Origin: an uncultured Acidobacteriota bacterium
GTDB lineage: Bacteria > Acidobacteriota > Thermoanaerobaculia > UBA5066
NCBI GenBank assembly: GCA_963779415.1
Contig: CAVZYA010000002.1
Coordinates: 32,001 to 96,000 of the forward strand
Length of the DNA stretch: 64,000 nt
Reading direction: 5' to 3'
The translations under genes and the position numbers were made by a program. Below are positions 29,063 to 40,554 of this stretch, piece by piece. Numbering within the stretch: the first letter of the stretch is position 1; each line of letters begins with the position of its first letter. The notes under the pieces are model-generated. The model was not told the origin of the DNA and ran no database searches. It saw only the letters and a list, made by a program, of their open reading frames with translations.

Positions 29063-31446
29063 TGCGGGGCCGATCCCTCGACCTCCCCTTCGCCGCGGCG
29101 GCATGTCTCGTGGCGGCGTCTTTCTTTTCCGGCGTGGCCGTCCCCGTGGGGACGCTGGAGGTCCGGCCGGAGCAGGTCGTGCCGCCGCTGGTCCTGTTGG
29201 TCTTCCTTGCCCGCCCGCTGGGACCGTTCCCTCGCGCGGGAATTGCCGTCGGCCTCTGGGTCGCCATCGGTCTCTTCAGCGCCCTCGGCCAACCAATCCC
29301 CGAGCGCGCGGCGGTCCATACGCTTCGCCTCCTCGTGACGTCTCTTCCGGTCCTTCTTCTTCCCGCACTTCTCCGCACGCGCGAGAAGGCCGAACGGGCC
29401 TGGGATCTCTTCCTGGCCCTGGCGTGCGCCGAAGCGGCCGTGTCGCTGGCCGCCCTCGCCGCGCACGGGGTTCTCGGCACCTCGTGGGGGGTCTTCGTAG
29501 AGAACCAGCTGCTGTTCGTCCACCCGATGGGAACCCTCCTCGAGCCCAACGTCCTGGGAATCGTCACGGCAGCCGGTGCGCTTGCATTTCTCCTCAGGCT
29601 TCTTTCGCCTCTTCTCGCACCGGCCCGGAGAGTCCTCTCCGCGCTCGGTGCACTCCTTCTGCTCGCCGCTCTCGGAGCGAGCCTGACGCGGACCGCCTGG
29701 CTGGCTCTTCCCGTCGGGCTTCTGGCCACACTTGCCACGGGGGGAGCCGGCGGGCCCCGGCCGGAAGGGTCCCACCGCACCGCGCTGAGGGTCGCGCTCG
29801 CCTGCGGAGTCCTGGTCGCCGCTCTTGCCGGCACGGCCGTGGCGCTTCGCCTCCCGGAGCAGCTCGAGGCCAGAACCGGAGTCGTCAGCAGGCTCTCCAT
29901 GCTTCTCGACCCCGCGCGGGACCCGAACGTGCAGGTCCGCCTGCGCACCTATGCCACGGCGCTCTCCCTCTGGGGTGAGTCGCCTCTCGTCGGTGTGGGG
30001 CACGGGGCCATGGAACGGACCGCGGGCACCGAGGACCGGACGCTCGCCTGGGCCGGAAACCTCGAGGTCCATCTCCTGGCCGACACCGGAGTCCTCGGTC
30101 TCGCGCTCATTCTTGGCTTCGTCGCGCTCGTTCTCGCGCGCGTTCTCATCGCGGCCCGTCGCTCGTCCGGCGAGGCCCGGCGCCGCCACGCGGAGCGGCT
30201 CGGCGCGATCGTGGTCCTCCTCATTTGCGCACAAGCCACGGAGACGAGCTGGCTCGGATCCTTCTGGGTCCTCTTCGGGCTCGCCCTTGCGAGCCTTCCG
30301 CCGCCGGCGCGCGAACCGGGCCCCCTTCGAATTCTTTACGTCCATCCGTCCGATGAGCTCTACGGCTCCGACCGCGTCCTTCTGGATCTCGTCCGAACGC
30401 TCGACAGGCGACAGGTGGAGCCGCTCGTCGTCCTCTCCTCCGACGTCCCTTATGCAGGGCGCCTCTGCCGTCGCCTGCAGGCGCTCGGGATCCCCGTCCT
30501 GCGCATGCGGCTGGGTGTGCTCCGGCGCCGGGTCCTCACGTCGCCGCTTAGGCTCCTGCGATACGCCGCCGACGTGACCGTGTCCACCGCCCGGCTGGCG
30601 GGCCTTCTCCGCACCCGGCGCATCGACATGGTCCATGCGAACACCGTGACCGTCTTCCCGGCGGCCTTCGCGGCCCGCCTGGCCGGGTGCCGACTGGTGT
30701 GGCACGTCCACGAGATCGTCACCGACCGGCCCGGGCGATTTCTCCTGCACCTGATGGTGACCGCGCTCGCCGATCGGCTGGTCGTCGTTTCGGGCGCGGC
30801 CCGAGCCGCAATGACGCCGTTCGGCAGACGCGCGGTCATCGTGCCCAACGGTGTGGAGTCCCGGCCGTATCTCCCGCCGCCGGCCGACCCGCCGGTCGTC
30901 GCGTATGTCGGCCGCCTCTCCCGCCGGAAGGGTCCCGAGGTCCTTCTCGACGCTGCCGCGCTTCTGATCTCCAGGCACCCGCACGCCCGGTTCGTCCTGG
31001 CCGGCGACGAGTTCGGCGGCGGTGACGATCTTCGCCGGGACCTCGAGCAGAAAGCCGGGCGCCTCGGACTCGGCGGAAGCGTGGAGTTTCGCCCCTTTCG
31101 CGAGGAGATCGGGGACGTCTTCGTGGAAGCCTCCGTGGTCGCGAGCCCTTCCGTCCTCCCCGAGTCTTTCGGTCTCGGTCTCCTGGAAGCCATGTCTTTC
31201 GGACGCCCCGTCGTGGCGACCCGGCTGGGCGGACCGGCAGAACTCGTGCGGGACGGGGAGACCGGCCTCCTCGTGCCGCCGTCCGATCCGGCCGCGCTGG
31301 CCGCCGCCCTGGACCGGCTCCTTGCCGACGCGTCGCTGGCCAGCCGGATGGGCGAGGCCGGCCGCCGACGCAGTCTCGAGAGTTTCTCGCTCGCGGCACA
31401 GGCCGCAGCCTTCCACCGCCTCTACGACGAACTCTCGGTCCGCTAG
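29059..31446 (+). CDS. O-antigen ligase/polymerase-like domain fused to a GT4 glycosyltransferase
   Basis: EPN, SLTRTAW, PLVGVG.G and LADTGVLG in the N-half; YVGRLSRRKG and PESFGLGLLEAM (E-x7-E) in the C-half. Confidence 0.82.
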   Translation: MMRGRSLDLPFAAAACLVAASFFSGVAVPVGTLEVRPEQVVPPLVLLVFLARPLGPFPRAGIAVGLWVAIGLFSALGQPIPERAAVHTLRLLVTSLPVLLLPALLRTREKAERAWDLFLALACAEAAVSLAALAAHGVLGTSWGVFVENQLLFVHPMGTLLEPNVLGIVTAAGALAFLLRLLSPLLAPARRVLSALGALLLLAALGASLTRTAWLALPVGLLATLATGGAGGPRPEGSHRTALRVALACGVLVAALAGTAVALRLPEQLEARTGVVSRLSMLLDPARDPNVQVRLRTYATALSLWGESPLVGVGHGAMERTAGTEDRTLAWAGNLEVHLLADTGVLGLALILGFVALVLARVLIAARRSSGEARRRHAERLGAIVVLLICAQATETSWLGSFWVLFGLALASLPPPAREPGPLRILYVHPSDELYGSDRVLLDLVRTLDRRQVEPLVVLSSDVPYAGRLCRRLQALGIPVLRMRLGVLRRRVLTSPLRLLRYAADVTVSTARLAGLLRTRRIDMVHANTVTVFPAAFAARLAGCRLVWHVHEIVTDRPGRFLLHLMVTALADRLVVVSGAARAAMTPFGRRAVIVPNGVESRPYLPPPADPPVVAYVGRLSRRKGPEVLLDAAALLISRHPHARFVLAGDEFGGGDDLRRDLEQKAGRLGLGGSVEFRPFREEIGDVFVEASVVASPSVLPESFGLGLLEAMSFGRPVVATRLGGPAELVRDGETGLLVPPSDPAALAAALDRLLADASLASRMGEAGRRRSLESFSLAAQAAAFHRLYDELSVR

Positions 31447-31536
31447 AGCTCTGTCGCCCTCCATCGCTCGCCACAGACGCCGAGGACGGCGCCAGGAGGA
31501 AGGACGTCTCTTGGCAGTCGAAGTCGTCGAGAGTCG

Positions 31537-34209
31537 CTATGGACGGCGCGGAGCCGCCGGAGCGACCTCGGGCGGGAGACCGTCGATCTCCAGCAGGTTC
31601 GCGGTCGCCTGCCTCACCGCGACGACGGCGAAGGTCAGGTCCGGGGCGATTCCGAAGGAATGAAGCTCCATCTCCGGTTCGAACGTCGCGAGCTTCCGCC
31701 GCGTCCTTTCCGTCTCCTCTCCGGGCACGACGTCCTGCACGTAGATCGCCGTTCCGGCCCCATCGCCGCCGAGAAAGGCGATGCGGCGTCCGTCGGGCAT
31801 CCACCGGTGCCGGCCGGCGATGAAGCCGCGCCCCGGCGGGGGGGCCGGAATCCGGAAAACGGGCGCTCCGTCCGCGAGCCGGACGACGTTGATCGCAAAC
31901 GTCCCCCCCTGGCTCACGAAGGAGACCCACGCCCCGTCCGGCGAGATCTCGGGCAGGATCTTCAGGCCCGGAGCCAGTAGCTTCGCGTTCGTCCCGTCCG
32001 GACGGATCGTCCAGATGCCGCGCTTCTTGTCATTGAAGGAGACGTAGACGATGGTCGAACCGTCCGGCGTGAGAGACGGGTTCTCGGCATCCGCGCCGTC
32101 GTCGGAGATCCGGCGCGGCGCGCTTCCGTCTCCTGCCGCTCCCCAGATCTCGAAGTGGCCTGTCCGGGCCGAGGACCAGAGAAGCACTTTCCCGTCCCGG
32201 CTCAGGAAGACGTCGGCGTCGCTCGCCGGATGGCTCGTCAGCCGCCGGACGGCGCCCGTGCTGGAGGGAAAGCTCCCAGACGTCGCTGTTTCCATCCCGG
32301 TTGGAGGTGAAGACGACGCGCTCGCCGTCACCCGAGACGAGCGGCTGGAAGTTCACCTGCGATCCCTGCGTGAGCCACTTCCGGGAGGCGGCCGCGTTCG
32401 AGAGGGGGATCTCGAGCAGGTTCGTCGGAATCGACAAAGATTCCACGATCAGCCGCCCCGGGCCCGCGATGTCGAGCCCCTGCCCGACCGCGAGAGAGAA
32501 CGCAATCGTCCGGATGGAGCCGGATCCTATGTCCTGCAGGTAATAGGCCCCGGGACTCGCCGGCACGATGGCCTGGTCCCGCCGGCCGTAGACGAGGGCT
32601 CGGCCACCGCGCGCCCAGGCCAGGTCGGAAAGCTCTCCGGGGCCGCCCGGACCGGTTAGGACACGCTTCTCGGCCGTGGCCGGATTGACGAGGACGACCG
32701 CCCAGGGTGATCCGACGTTGATCTCACCCCGTGCCGTCGCGACCCACGTCCCGTCGGGCGACCACCGTGGGGAGCGCATCTGGTAGGCCTCTGCCTTGTC
32801 CACGAGGCGCTCCCCGCTCCGTCGGCTCCCGCGATCCAGAGTTCCGGGCTCCGTCCCAACTCCGTGGTGCGGATTCGGACGAACGCGAGGCGGGCGCCGT
32901 CGGGGGAGACATCGGCCTCGGTCGCGTCGGCCAGCACTCGCTGGGGCAGTCCGCCGAGAGCGGAGACTCGATACAGGGCCGATCCCGAAGCCTCCGTGCG
33001 GATGAAGAACAGGTTCGTCGAGTCGGGGGTGAAGCGAGGCGCGGCGTCCGGGCCTTCGGTCAGAGCGATCTCGGATCCGTCTGCAAGCTGCTTGAGCCAG
33101 ATGCGAGAAACGCCGTCGCGGCTGGAGGCGAAGGCGCAGAGCCGCCCGTCCCGCGAAACCGCCGGGGCACCGTCCCGCCCGGACGAGGTGATGTACTTCA
33201 GGCGCGGCGGCGGGAGAGGGTGCGGTGCCGTCCACCGGCCGAGGATCGCGGCAACGGCGAGGAAGAGCGCACCTGCGGCGACGAGAGCGGCTCGGCGGCC
33301 GAGGCGCTGGCGCGCCGGCGCTTCGGCCGTGTACGGAACCGTCCAGGTGGAGAGATGGTCGCGCACGTTCCGAAGGTCGCGCGCCAGGTCGCGCGTCGAC
33401 TCGTAGCGCTCGGACGGGTCCTTGGCAAGCAGGCGCTCGACGAGCCAGCGGACGGGTGCCGGGACGTTCGGGGCCCTCTTCTCCAGCGGCTCCGGCTCGT
33501 TCTGGATGATGGCCGCCAGCGTCTCGGGTACGGAGGCGGCCTCGAACGGCTTCGCGCCGGCCAGCATTTCGTAGAGCATCGAGCCGAGCGAGAACTGGTC
33601 GCTCCGGAAGTCGACGGCCGCGCCCCGCGCCTGCTCCGGCGACATGTAGCCGACCGTCCCGAGGACGACGCCCTTCTCGCTCATCACCCCGAGCGTGGGA
33701 GAACGTGTGTCGGACGGGTCGCGGCGGGAGACGTCGTGCCGGGCGAGGCCGAAGTCGAGGACCTTGGCGTGGCCGTCTTTCGTCAGAAAGACGTTTTCCG
33801 GCTTGACATCGCGGTGGACGATCCCTTTCTCGTGCGCGGCGGCGAGCGCCTCGGCGACCTCGCGGGCGATGTCGAGAGCCCGGCGAGGCGGCATCGGGCC
33901 GGGGGCCATTGCCATGCGAAGCGTTTCGCCCTCCAGAAGCTCCTGGACGAGGAGATACCGACCCGAGACCTCTTCGAAGGAATAGATGACGGCGATGTTC
34001 GGATGGCTGACCGCCGCCAGCGACTTCGCCTCCCGCTCGAAACGCGCAATGCTCTCCCTGTTTTCGAAGAATTCCTCGGGCAGCACCTTCAGCGCCACGG
34101 ACCGGTCGAGCCGCGTGTCCCGCGCCCGCCAGACCTCCCCCATTCCACCCGCGCCGAGGGGGGCGAGGATTTCGTATGGGCCGAGCTTCGTGCCGGCGGA
34201 TATAGTCAT
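31537..34209 (-). pseudogene. Ser/Thr kinase - TM - TolB/PD40 beta-propeller; frameshifts near 32815 and 32265 (real or sequencing error)
   Basis: [22 protein letters not shown] and DFG; SPDG/TPDG repeats distributed over three consecutive ORFs. Confidence 0.78.
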
Positions 34210-36588
34210 GCGCTCCGTCAGCTTGTCGGCAGGTTCATCCGCCGAAGCAGCGAGATGAAGCGCGGCTCCGAGCGCAGTCCGTCGTAGATCGGTAATCCAA
34301 GGTAAGGCATGCTCTGGTCGCGCACTTCGTAGCCCTTCTCGAGCCACTCGACGGCCCCGGACGGTTCCCCGGCCTCGACGAACAGTATCGCGATGTCCGT
34401 GGGGTTGGCATAGCTCTTGTGAAAGTGGACGATCAACGCCTCGGCGGCACGTTTCATTGCTCCCCGATAGCCCGCCTCCTTGTAACCGCGTTCGAGAGCG
34501 TCGTCCAATTCACGGTCACCGTAGAGTTTCAGATACACCTTCGACGAGAGGAAAGCCTCTTTGTGCATTCTCTTCGCGCTGAAGGCCCACCAGAGCAGCC
34601 CGTGGGCGATCGGGTCGTCCGGGCCCGTCTGCAGAGCCGTGCGGGCCTGGGCGATGGCATCGTCGTTCCTTCGAAGGTAATAGAGGTCCACGCCGAAGAG
34701 ATCGCGAAAGAGAGCGTTGAACGGGTCCAGCTCCAGGGCGCGCCTGATCTGGGCCAGAGCCTCTTCCGACCGCCCCATATGCATGAGGAAATGCGAGTAG
34801 TAAGCCGGCGCGTCGGGAAAGCTGGGGTTGAGCTCGATCGCGCGCCTGAACTCCGGCTCCGCGCCGGCCCAGTCCCATTCACTCCATGTTCGAAAACACG
34901 CCAACACGTAATGGGTCTCCGCGATCGTGTCATCCAGCTCCAGCGCCTTCATGATCGCTGGCTTCCCTTTGGCTGCGGCCTCGCCGGGTGAGATCAACCC
35001 TACTTGCGAGCGCCCAAGCCAGAGCAAGGCGATTCCGACGTGCGCCAGCGCATAGTTCGGATCCTTCGCCAGCGCCACTTCGAAGTAGCGCTGGGCGGCA
35101 TCCATATCGCCCGGTGTCAGCTTGTACCAGTGCTGGAGGCCCTTGAGATAGGCCTCATACGCCTCCGGGTTTACGGTGCGGGCACCGGCGATCCGGCTCT
35201 GCTCGGCCGGGAGAAGCTTCAGCGCCAGCGCAGCGGCCACCTTCTGTGCCACATCGCTCTGGAGGGCGAGGATGCCCGACAGGTCCCGCTCCAAACTGTC
35301 GGCCCAGATCTGCATCTGATCCCTCACCCGGATCAGCTCGGCCGAGATCCGGATCCGTCCGGCCTCGCCGCGCGCGCTCCCCTCCAGGACGTAGTCCACC
35401 CCCAGCTCCCGCCCGATCTGATCGACCGACTTGTTCGTTTTCTTGTACTGCATGACGGAAGTCCGGGCGATGACGCTGAGGCTCGCGGGATGCAGCCGCC
35501 CGAGCTGCGTGATCATCTCCTGCGTCAGCCCGTCGCTCAGGTACTCCTGCCCCGGGTCGCCCGAGAGGTTCTCGAAGGGGAGGACGGCGAGACGTTTCAG
35601 CCCGGCGGCGGACCGCTCCTGGTCTTCCACCACCAGCCGGCCGCGAGGGCGAGCACGAGAAGCAGCGCCACGACCGCGACGGCCGCGCTGTGCCGGTGCA
35701 GGAAGACGCCCGCCGCCGACATCGGTGCCACGGGCTTCTCGCCGGAGATCGCCGCGCAGCGCCTCGAAGTCGAACAGGACCTCTTGGGCCGACTGGAAGC
35801 GCCGGCCCGGCTGCTTCTCGAGGCAGTGCCGGACGATCCGGTCCAGCTCCGGCGGGATGTTCCTGTTCGTCTCCGAGAGATCCGGCGGCTCTTCCCGGAG
35901 GATCGCCGTCAGCGTCTCGGGAGCCGTCGCGCGGTGGAAGGGCTTCTTCCCCGAGAGCATCTCGTAGAGGACGACGCCGAGTGAGAAGAGGTCCGACCGG
36001 GCGTCGAGCGGCCTTCCCTGTACCTGCTCGGGCGACATGTAGCCCACGGTCCCGAGGACGACCCCCGGCTCGGTCGCGGCCGCCGTCGTCGCCCGCGTGT
36101 CGAGCGCTTCCGAGGAGGGCTGCGTCAGCTTGGCCACGCCGAAATCGAGAATCTTGATCCGCCCGTCCTTCGTGACGAAGACGTTCTCGGGCTTCAGGTC
36201 CCGGTGGATGATCCCCTTCCCGTGCGCGGCGGAGAGGCCCCGCGCGATCTCCAGCGCAGTCTCGACGGCTTTTCTCGGCGGGAGCGGAGACCCGAGCAGG
36301 TCTCGAAGCGACTGGCCTTCCAGAAGCTCCGAGACGATGTAGGGGCTCCCCTCGTGCGTCCCGACGTCGTGGACGACGAGGATGTTCGGGTGGTCGAGCC
36401 GGGCGGCCGCCTTCGCCTCCTGCTCGAAGCGCGCAGAGGCGGTCGGCGTCGGCCGCGAGCTGCGGGTGGATCACCTTCAGGGCGACCTCCCGGTCCAGCC
36501 GCGTGTCCCGTGCCCGCCAGACCTCGCCCATCCCGCCCGCCCCGAGGGGGGCGAGGATTTCGTATGGGCCGAGCTTCGCGCCGGCGGA
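34084..36588. repeat. Imperfect 117-bp direct repeat: 5' ends of two tandem kinase genes (34084-34200 and 36472-36588)
   Basis: Shared runs such as GGCGAGGATTTCGTATGGGCCGAGCTTCG and AGCCGCGTGTCCCG(C/T)GCCCGCCAGACCTC; colinear without gaps. Confidence 0.75.
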
Positions 36589-36597
36589 GAGAACCAT
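34218..36597 (-). pseudogene. Ser/Thr kinase - TM - TolB-N-like - TPR protein; frameshift near 36435 and a compensating pair near 35740/35605
   Basis: [14 protein letters not shown] start; [10 protein letters not shown]; [17 protein letters not shown] and TPR repeats; the TM segment ([19 protein letters not shown]) lies in another frame. Confidence 0.78.
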
Positions 36598-36630
36598 GCG
36601 GACGCATGCTACCCTCCGCCGCTTATGCAG

Positions 36631-36891
36631 ATGAAGGCAGAACTGCCCAGCTCCGTCATCCTAGGCCACGAGGTCCTCTCGCTTCTCGCGGCGCGAGGCG
36701 GGCGGGCGACCGTGGAGGAGCTACGGGCCGAGACGGCGCGCGCCTTCGGGCCGGACGCCCTCTTCGGCAACTGCCACGGCGACTCGTTCGGCTTCGACGG
36801 CCTCCTCGACTTCTTCGAGTCGGCCGGGAAGCTCGCGCGGGAAGGGGACGTCGTCTCCCTGGGTCGCGTCCCCTCCTGCTCCGGGCACTGA
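36631..36891 (+). CDS. YecH/DUF2492-like putative metal-binding protein
   Basis: [15 protein letters not shown] and L.DFF...GKL pattern; C-terminal C-x2-H. Confidence 0.72.
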   Translation: MKAELPSSVILGHEVLSLLAARGGRATVEELRAETARAFGPDALFGNCHGDSFGFDGLLDFFESAGKLAREGDVVSLGRVPSCSGH

Positions 36892-36940
36892 CGTCGCTCG
36901 CCCGTTCGCGGGCCGCGTCCGAGTCCTCGGCGGCCGTTTC

Positions 36941-39900
36941 TCAGGGATGGACACGAAGATAGTAGATGCTCCCTCCGACGACCACGCTGCCCGCACGGGA
37001 GAGCGCCGCAAACCGCCACGTACTCCCCTTCGGCACGTTCCCGAGCGTCCAGTAGAAACCGACGTTCGCCTTCTTTCCCGGGCCGGAGACGAGTCCCGCA
37101 AGCGAGACCTGCTTGGCGCCCGCCGGAAGGAACCACGCCACGTTCGTCGCGAGGCCAAGCCCTTTCGCCTCGGCGAGCTGCTCCTCGTTCAGCTTGACCG
37201 GCTCGGCCTTGATCCCCTTGGCCCTCGCCTTCGTTCCCGGCGGGAGGAGAAGACCGAGGCGTCCCCCCTTCGGCATCCCCGCGTCCGAAACCGACAATGT
37301 CAGCGGGCCCTTCATCTCGCGCGGCCAGGGGAAGCCCATCCCGCTCATCCCCGAGCCGCCCGCCGGCGCGGGCGGCACGTTTTCGACGTGGAGGTTCCGG
37401 TTCGCGATCTGGCGGTTGTTCGGGACGAGCACCCAGAGCTGTCGCTCGTTCGTCGCCCGGATCGAGGCGTCGAGCGGATCGTCCGCCGACTCGGCGATCG
37501 TCAGAAGGCAGGTGTGATCCGCCTGCGTGGCCGGGACGTTCCAGTCGAAGCGGGCCGTCTCCGGCACGGCGGGATTCACGACCGGGATGAGCTTGCAGGG
37601 TTGTGCCGGATCGACGAGCGACCAACCCGAGCCGCCGGTCAGCGCCCCGCAGGAGGTGCTTCCCGCCGGGAAGGTCGTCGTCCAGAAATCGGCGGGCAGG
37701 AGCGGCAGCCCCGCGGAGGCGTCGGCGTAGAGAGCGATGACGCGTACGTTTCGCACGGGGTCGATGCCGGAATTCGAAACCTGCACGTAGGCCCTCGCGG
37801 GGCGTGCGCGGACCGGGTGGTTGTCCCAGACGGTGCCCGCCGGGCACGAGGACATCTCGATCGGGCAGGTCTCCACCTCGACGTGGTCGGCGCTGGCGAT
37901 CGCGTTGCCAGCCGGATCGAGGCTCGGCACGTCGATCCGGATGTCCGTCGCGCTCCACCAGTAGACCTTCCCGGCGTCGCTGTCGTCCGGCTTGAGGAAA
38001 CCGGGGCGCGCCGGATCCGGGATCGGATGCTCGGGATCGGGCATCCCGCTCGGAGAAACGCCGATCCCGCGGTCATAGACGTTGTCCCGGACCAGCAGCA
38101 TCTGCGTCCGGCACGCGACGTCCGGCCGGATGTCGCGCTGGAAGGCCCCGTGCCCCATCGAGGAGATCGTCAGGAGTCCGCTGGCCCGTCCGACCCATAT
38201 GTCCGTCACGTTCAGGCCGTCGGGAAGCCCCTCGTCCATCGGCGACCAGGCCGCGTTCGCGGGCGATCCCGAGACCGTTCCGCGGAGGACCCCGACGCTC
38301 GTGGCAACGTAGAGCGTGTGGGCGTCGTTCGGGTCGATGACGATCGCCTGGGCGGAAGCGTCGGGCGGGAACGCCGTTCCGCCCGCTCCGCCGATCGCGT
38401 GCCAGTCGATGCCGTTCGTCGTCATGTAGACGCCGTCCCATCCGAGCGCCGCGAAGGCGCGCATCGGGTTCGTGTTGTCGACGACGATCCGATTGGGGGC
38501 CCCGCCGGGAAGCCCCGTCGACGCGGTGTTCCAGACCGTTCCCCCGTTGGTCGTGAGCCAGATGGCCGTTCCGCCGCCGGTCACGCCGAGGTACCAGGTC
38601 TGGAACGACGAGGAGGGCGCGATCCCGATCGCCGCGACGTTCTGGGTGATCGTGAGCGGCTGGCTCGTGTTCGCCTGCGTCCAGGTCAGTCCGTTCGTGG
38701 TCTTCACGAGCATCGGCGGGCCCGTCCGGGCTCCCATGCCGTCGACCGGCGCCGCGCCCTGCGCCAGGACCGCGCCGGCGACCCCCGGGTCGCTCACGAG
38801 CGGATCGACCGGTGTCGCGGGCGACGTCCAGGAGACGGTCGACGGCCCCGCGGCCCACCCCGGGACCGGATTCACGAACTCGGCGAGACCGCCGTTGCAG
38901 TTCCCGAAGAGCGTGTCGGGGTTGACGCCGTCGACCGCCACGGTCGCTCCGTCGCAGCCGCCCGGCTGGTACCACGTCCGGTTTCCGAAGGTGATCTCCG
39001 TCCCGTTGTCCTGGGAGCCGCCGGCGCGGAGAGAGGCCATCGCCTGTTGCGACGTCAGCCGGTAGAACTCCGTGACGACGAGGCCGTGCGCCCTGTCGAG
39101 CCAGCGCCAGGTCGGGAGCGAGGAATCGGTCGTCTTGTCGAGGCCGCCGTCGTTCCCCGACCAGACGATCTTCGGATTGACCGGGTCGAATGCGATCGCG
39201 TGCTGGTCCGCATGGACGCCGTAGGTCCAGGACGAATCGTTCCCGCCGCTCACCCCGGTGAAGCTCGAGCCGTCGACGCTCCGGAAAATGTTCATTCCCC
39301 CCGCCCAGACATGGTTCGGGTCGGTGGGGTCGACCTCGATGACGCTGTTGTACCAGGAGTAGCCGTTGCCGCTCGGCCCTGAGAAGATCGAGTCGTCCAT
39401 CCCGGCCGCGCCGGCAAGCAGCGTCCACGCGTCGCCGCCGCCCATCGGCGGCTCGCCTCCGGTGGTCGTCTTGAAGACGCCGAGGAGCCGGCCGTTGGCG
39501 GCGCGGGCGATCTTCGCGTAGAGCGTTCCCGGGCTGCTCGCGGCGAGGGCCAGGGCGATCCGACCGATGTCACCGGTCGTGATCCCCGTGTTCCGCTGCT
39601 GCCACGTCCCCGGGCTCGTCCGCTTCCAGACCCCCTTTCCGAAGCTCGCGCTCGCCCCGCGGACCCCGGCGTAGACGACGCGGGGGCTCGCGCTGAAATC
39701 GACGGCGAGGTCGTTCGTGTTCGCGTCGAAGCCGTCGAGTCGGGCGAAGGAGAGGCCTCCGCCGCCGTGCGTGCCGAGCCAGACGCCATTCGATGCGGCG
39801 GCGTAGATGTCCCCGTTCGTCGTGTCGACGCGGAGACGGTTGATCGTCTGGCCGTCGAAGGTGGTCACCGGGAGCTTTGTCCAGCTCCCCGGATCGCCGC

Positions 39901-40504
39901 TCGAGGTGGAGCGCCAGATCCCGTCGCCGCCGGACCCGTAGTTCGGGTCTCCGCCCCCCGCCACGACCTCGGTCCCGTTCACGACGATCGCGGAGAAGAC
40001 CGTGGCGAGGAAGTCGTCCGAGACCCGCTCCCACCGGCGTCCTCCGTCCGTGGACCTCCAGATCCCGCCCACCGTCGTGAGGAACATCCGCTGGTTGTTC
40101 GCCGGATCGATCGCGATGGAGGTGACCCGGCCGTTGATGTTCGTCGGGCCCACCGACGTCCATGCGCATCCGTTGACGTTCTGCCCCGGAGCGCCGGGGC
40201 CGCCTGGAAGCCTTCCGTCCGGAAACCGGGGCCGGCACCCCTCCCGCGACTTCTGGACCGTGCAGTACGCCGTGCCGATGTGCCGGAGCCCCTGCGCCTT
40301 TCGCATGGCCTGCAGCTCCCGGTATGCCTTCAGCCTCCGTTCAAGAGGTTCGATCTTCTTTTGCCCCTCGAAGTTCTCCGGACCGCGGTCGATCTTCGTG
40401 AGCGGATACTTCGTGAGATTCGGCTCGTCCGCGCCGAATGCCGGCGAGCCGGCCGAGAGGAGAAACACCATGAAACCGAGCGTCGCGAGCGGGGGCCGGT
40501 TCAT
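36941..40504 (-). CDS. Large secreted BNR/Asp-box beta-propeller protein with a Cys-rich C-terminal region
   Basis: Signal peptide; WTSVGP, RSTDGG..W, HADQHAI and GGSQDNG; 1187 aa. Confidence 0.8.
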   Translation of the reverse strand: MNRPPLATLGFMVFLLSAGSPAFGADEPNLTKYPLTKIDRGPENFEGQKKIEPLERRLKAYRELQAMRKAQGLRHIGTAYCTVQKSREGCRPRFPDGRLPGGPGAPGQNVNGCAWTSVGPTNINGRVTSIAIDPANNQRMFLTTVGGIWRSTDGGRRWERVSDDFLATVFSAIVVNGTEVVAGGGDPNYGSGGDGIWRSTSSGDPGSWTKLPVTTFDGQTINRLRVDTTNGDIYAAASNGVWLGTHGGGGLSFARLDGFDANTNDLAVDFSASPRVVYAGVRGASASFGKGVWKRTSPGTWQQRNTGITTGDIGRIALALAASSPGTLYAKIARAANGRLLGVFKTTTGGEPPMGGGDAWTLLAGAAGMDDSIFSGPSGNGYSWYNSVIEVDPTDPNHVWAGGMNIFRSVDGSSFTGVSGGNDSSWTYGVHADQHAIAFDPVNPKIVWSGNDGGLDKTTDSSLPTWRWLDRAHGLVVTEFYRLTSQQAMASLRAGGSQDNGTEITFGNRTWYQPGGCDGATVAVDGVNPDTLFGNCNGGLAEFVNPVPGWAAGPSTVSWTSPATPVDPLVSDPGVAGAVLAQGAAPVDGMGARTGPPMLVKTTNGLTWTQANTSQPLTITQNVAAIGIAPSSSFQTWYLGVTGGGTAIWLTTNGGTVWNTASTGLPGGAPNRIVVDNTNPMRAFAALGWDGVYMTTNGIDWHAIGGAGGTAFPPDASAQAIVIDPNDAHTLYVATSVGVLRGTVSGSPANAAWSPMDEGLPDGLNVTDIWVGRASGLLTISSMGHGAFQRDIRPDVACRTQMLLVRDNVYDRGIGVSPSGMPDPEHPIPDPARPGFLKPDDSDAGKVYWWSATDIRIDVPSLDPAGNAIASADHVEVETCPIEMSSCPAGTVWDNHPVRARPARAYVQVSNSGIDPVRNVRVIALYADASAGLPLLPADFWTTTFPAGSTSCGALTGGSGWSLVDPAQPCKLIPVVNPAVPETARFDWNVPATQADHTCLLTIAESADDPLDASIRATNERQLWVLVPNNRQIANRNLHVENVPPAPAGGSGMSGMGFPWPREMKGPLTLSVSDAGMPKGGRLGLLLPPGTKARAKGIKAEPVKLNEEQLAEAKGLGLATNVAWFLPAGAKQVSLAGLVSGPGKKANVGFYWTLGNVPKGSTWRFAALSRAGSVVVGGSIYYLRVHP

Positions 40505-40554
40505 GAGACACCGCCTTTCCGGAAGGGGGCCGATCGCTGAATTCCCGCAAGAGC

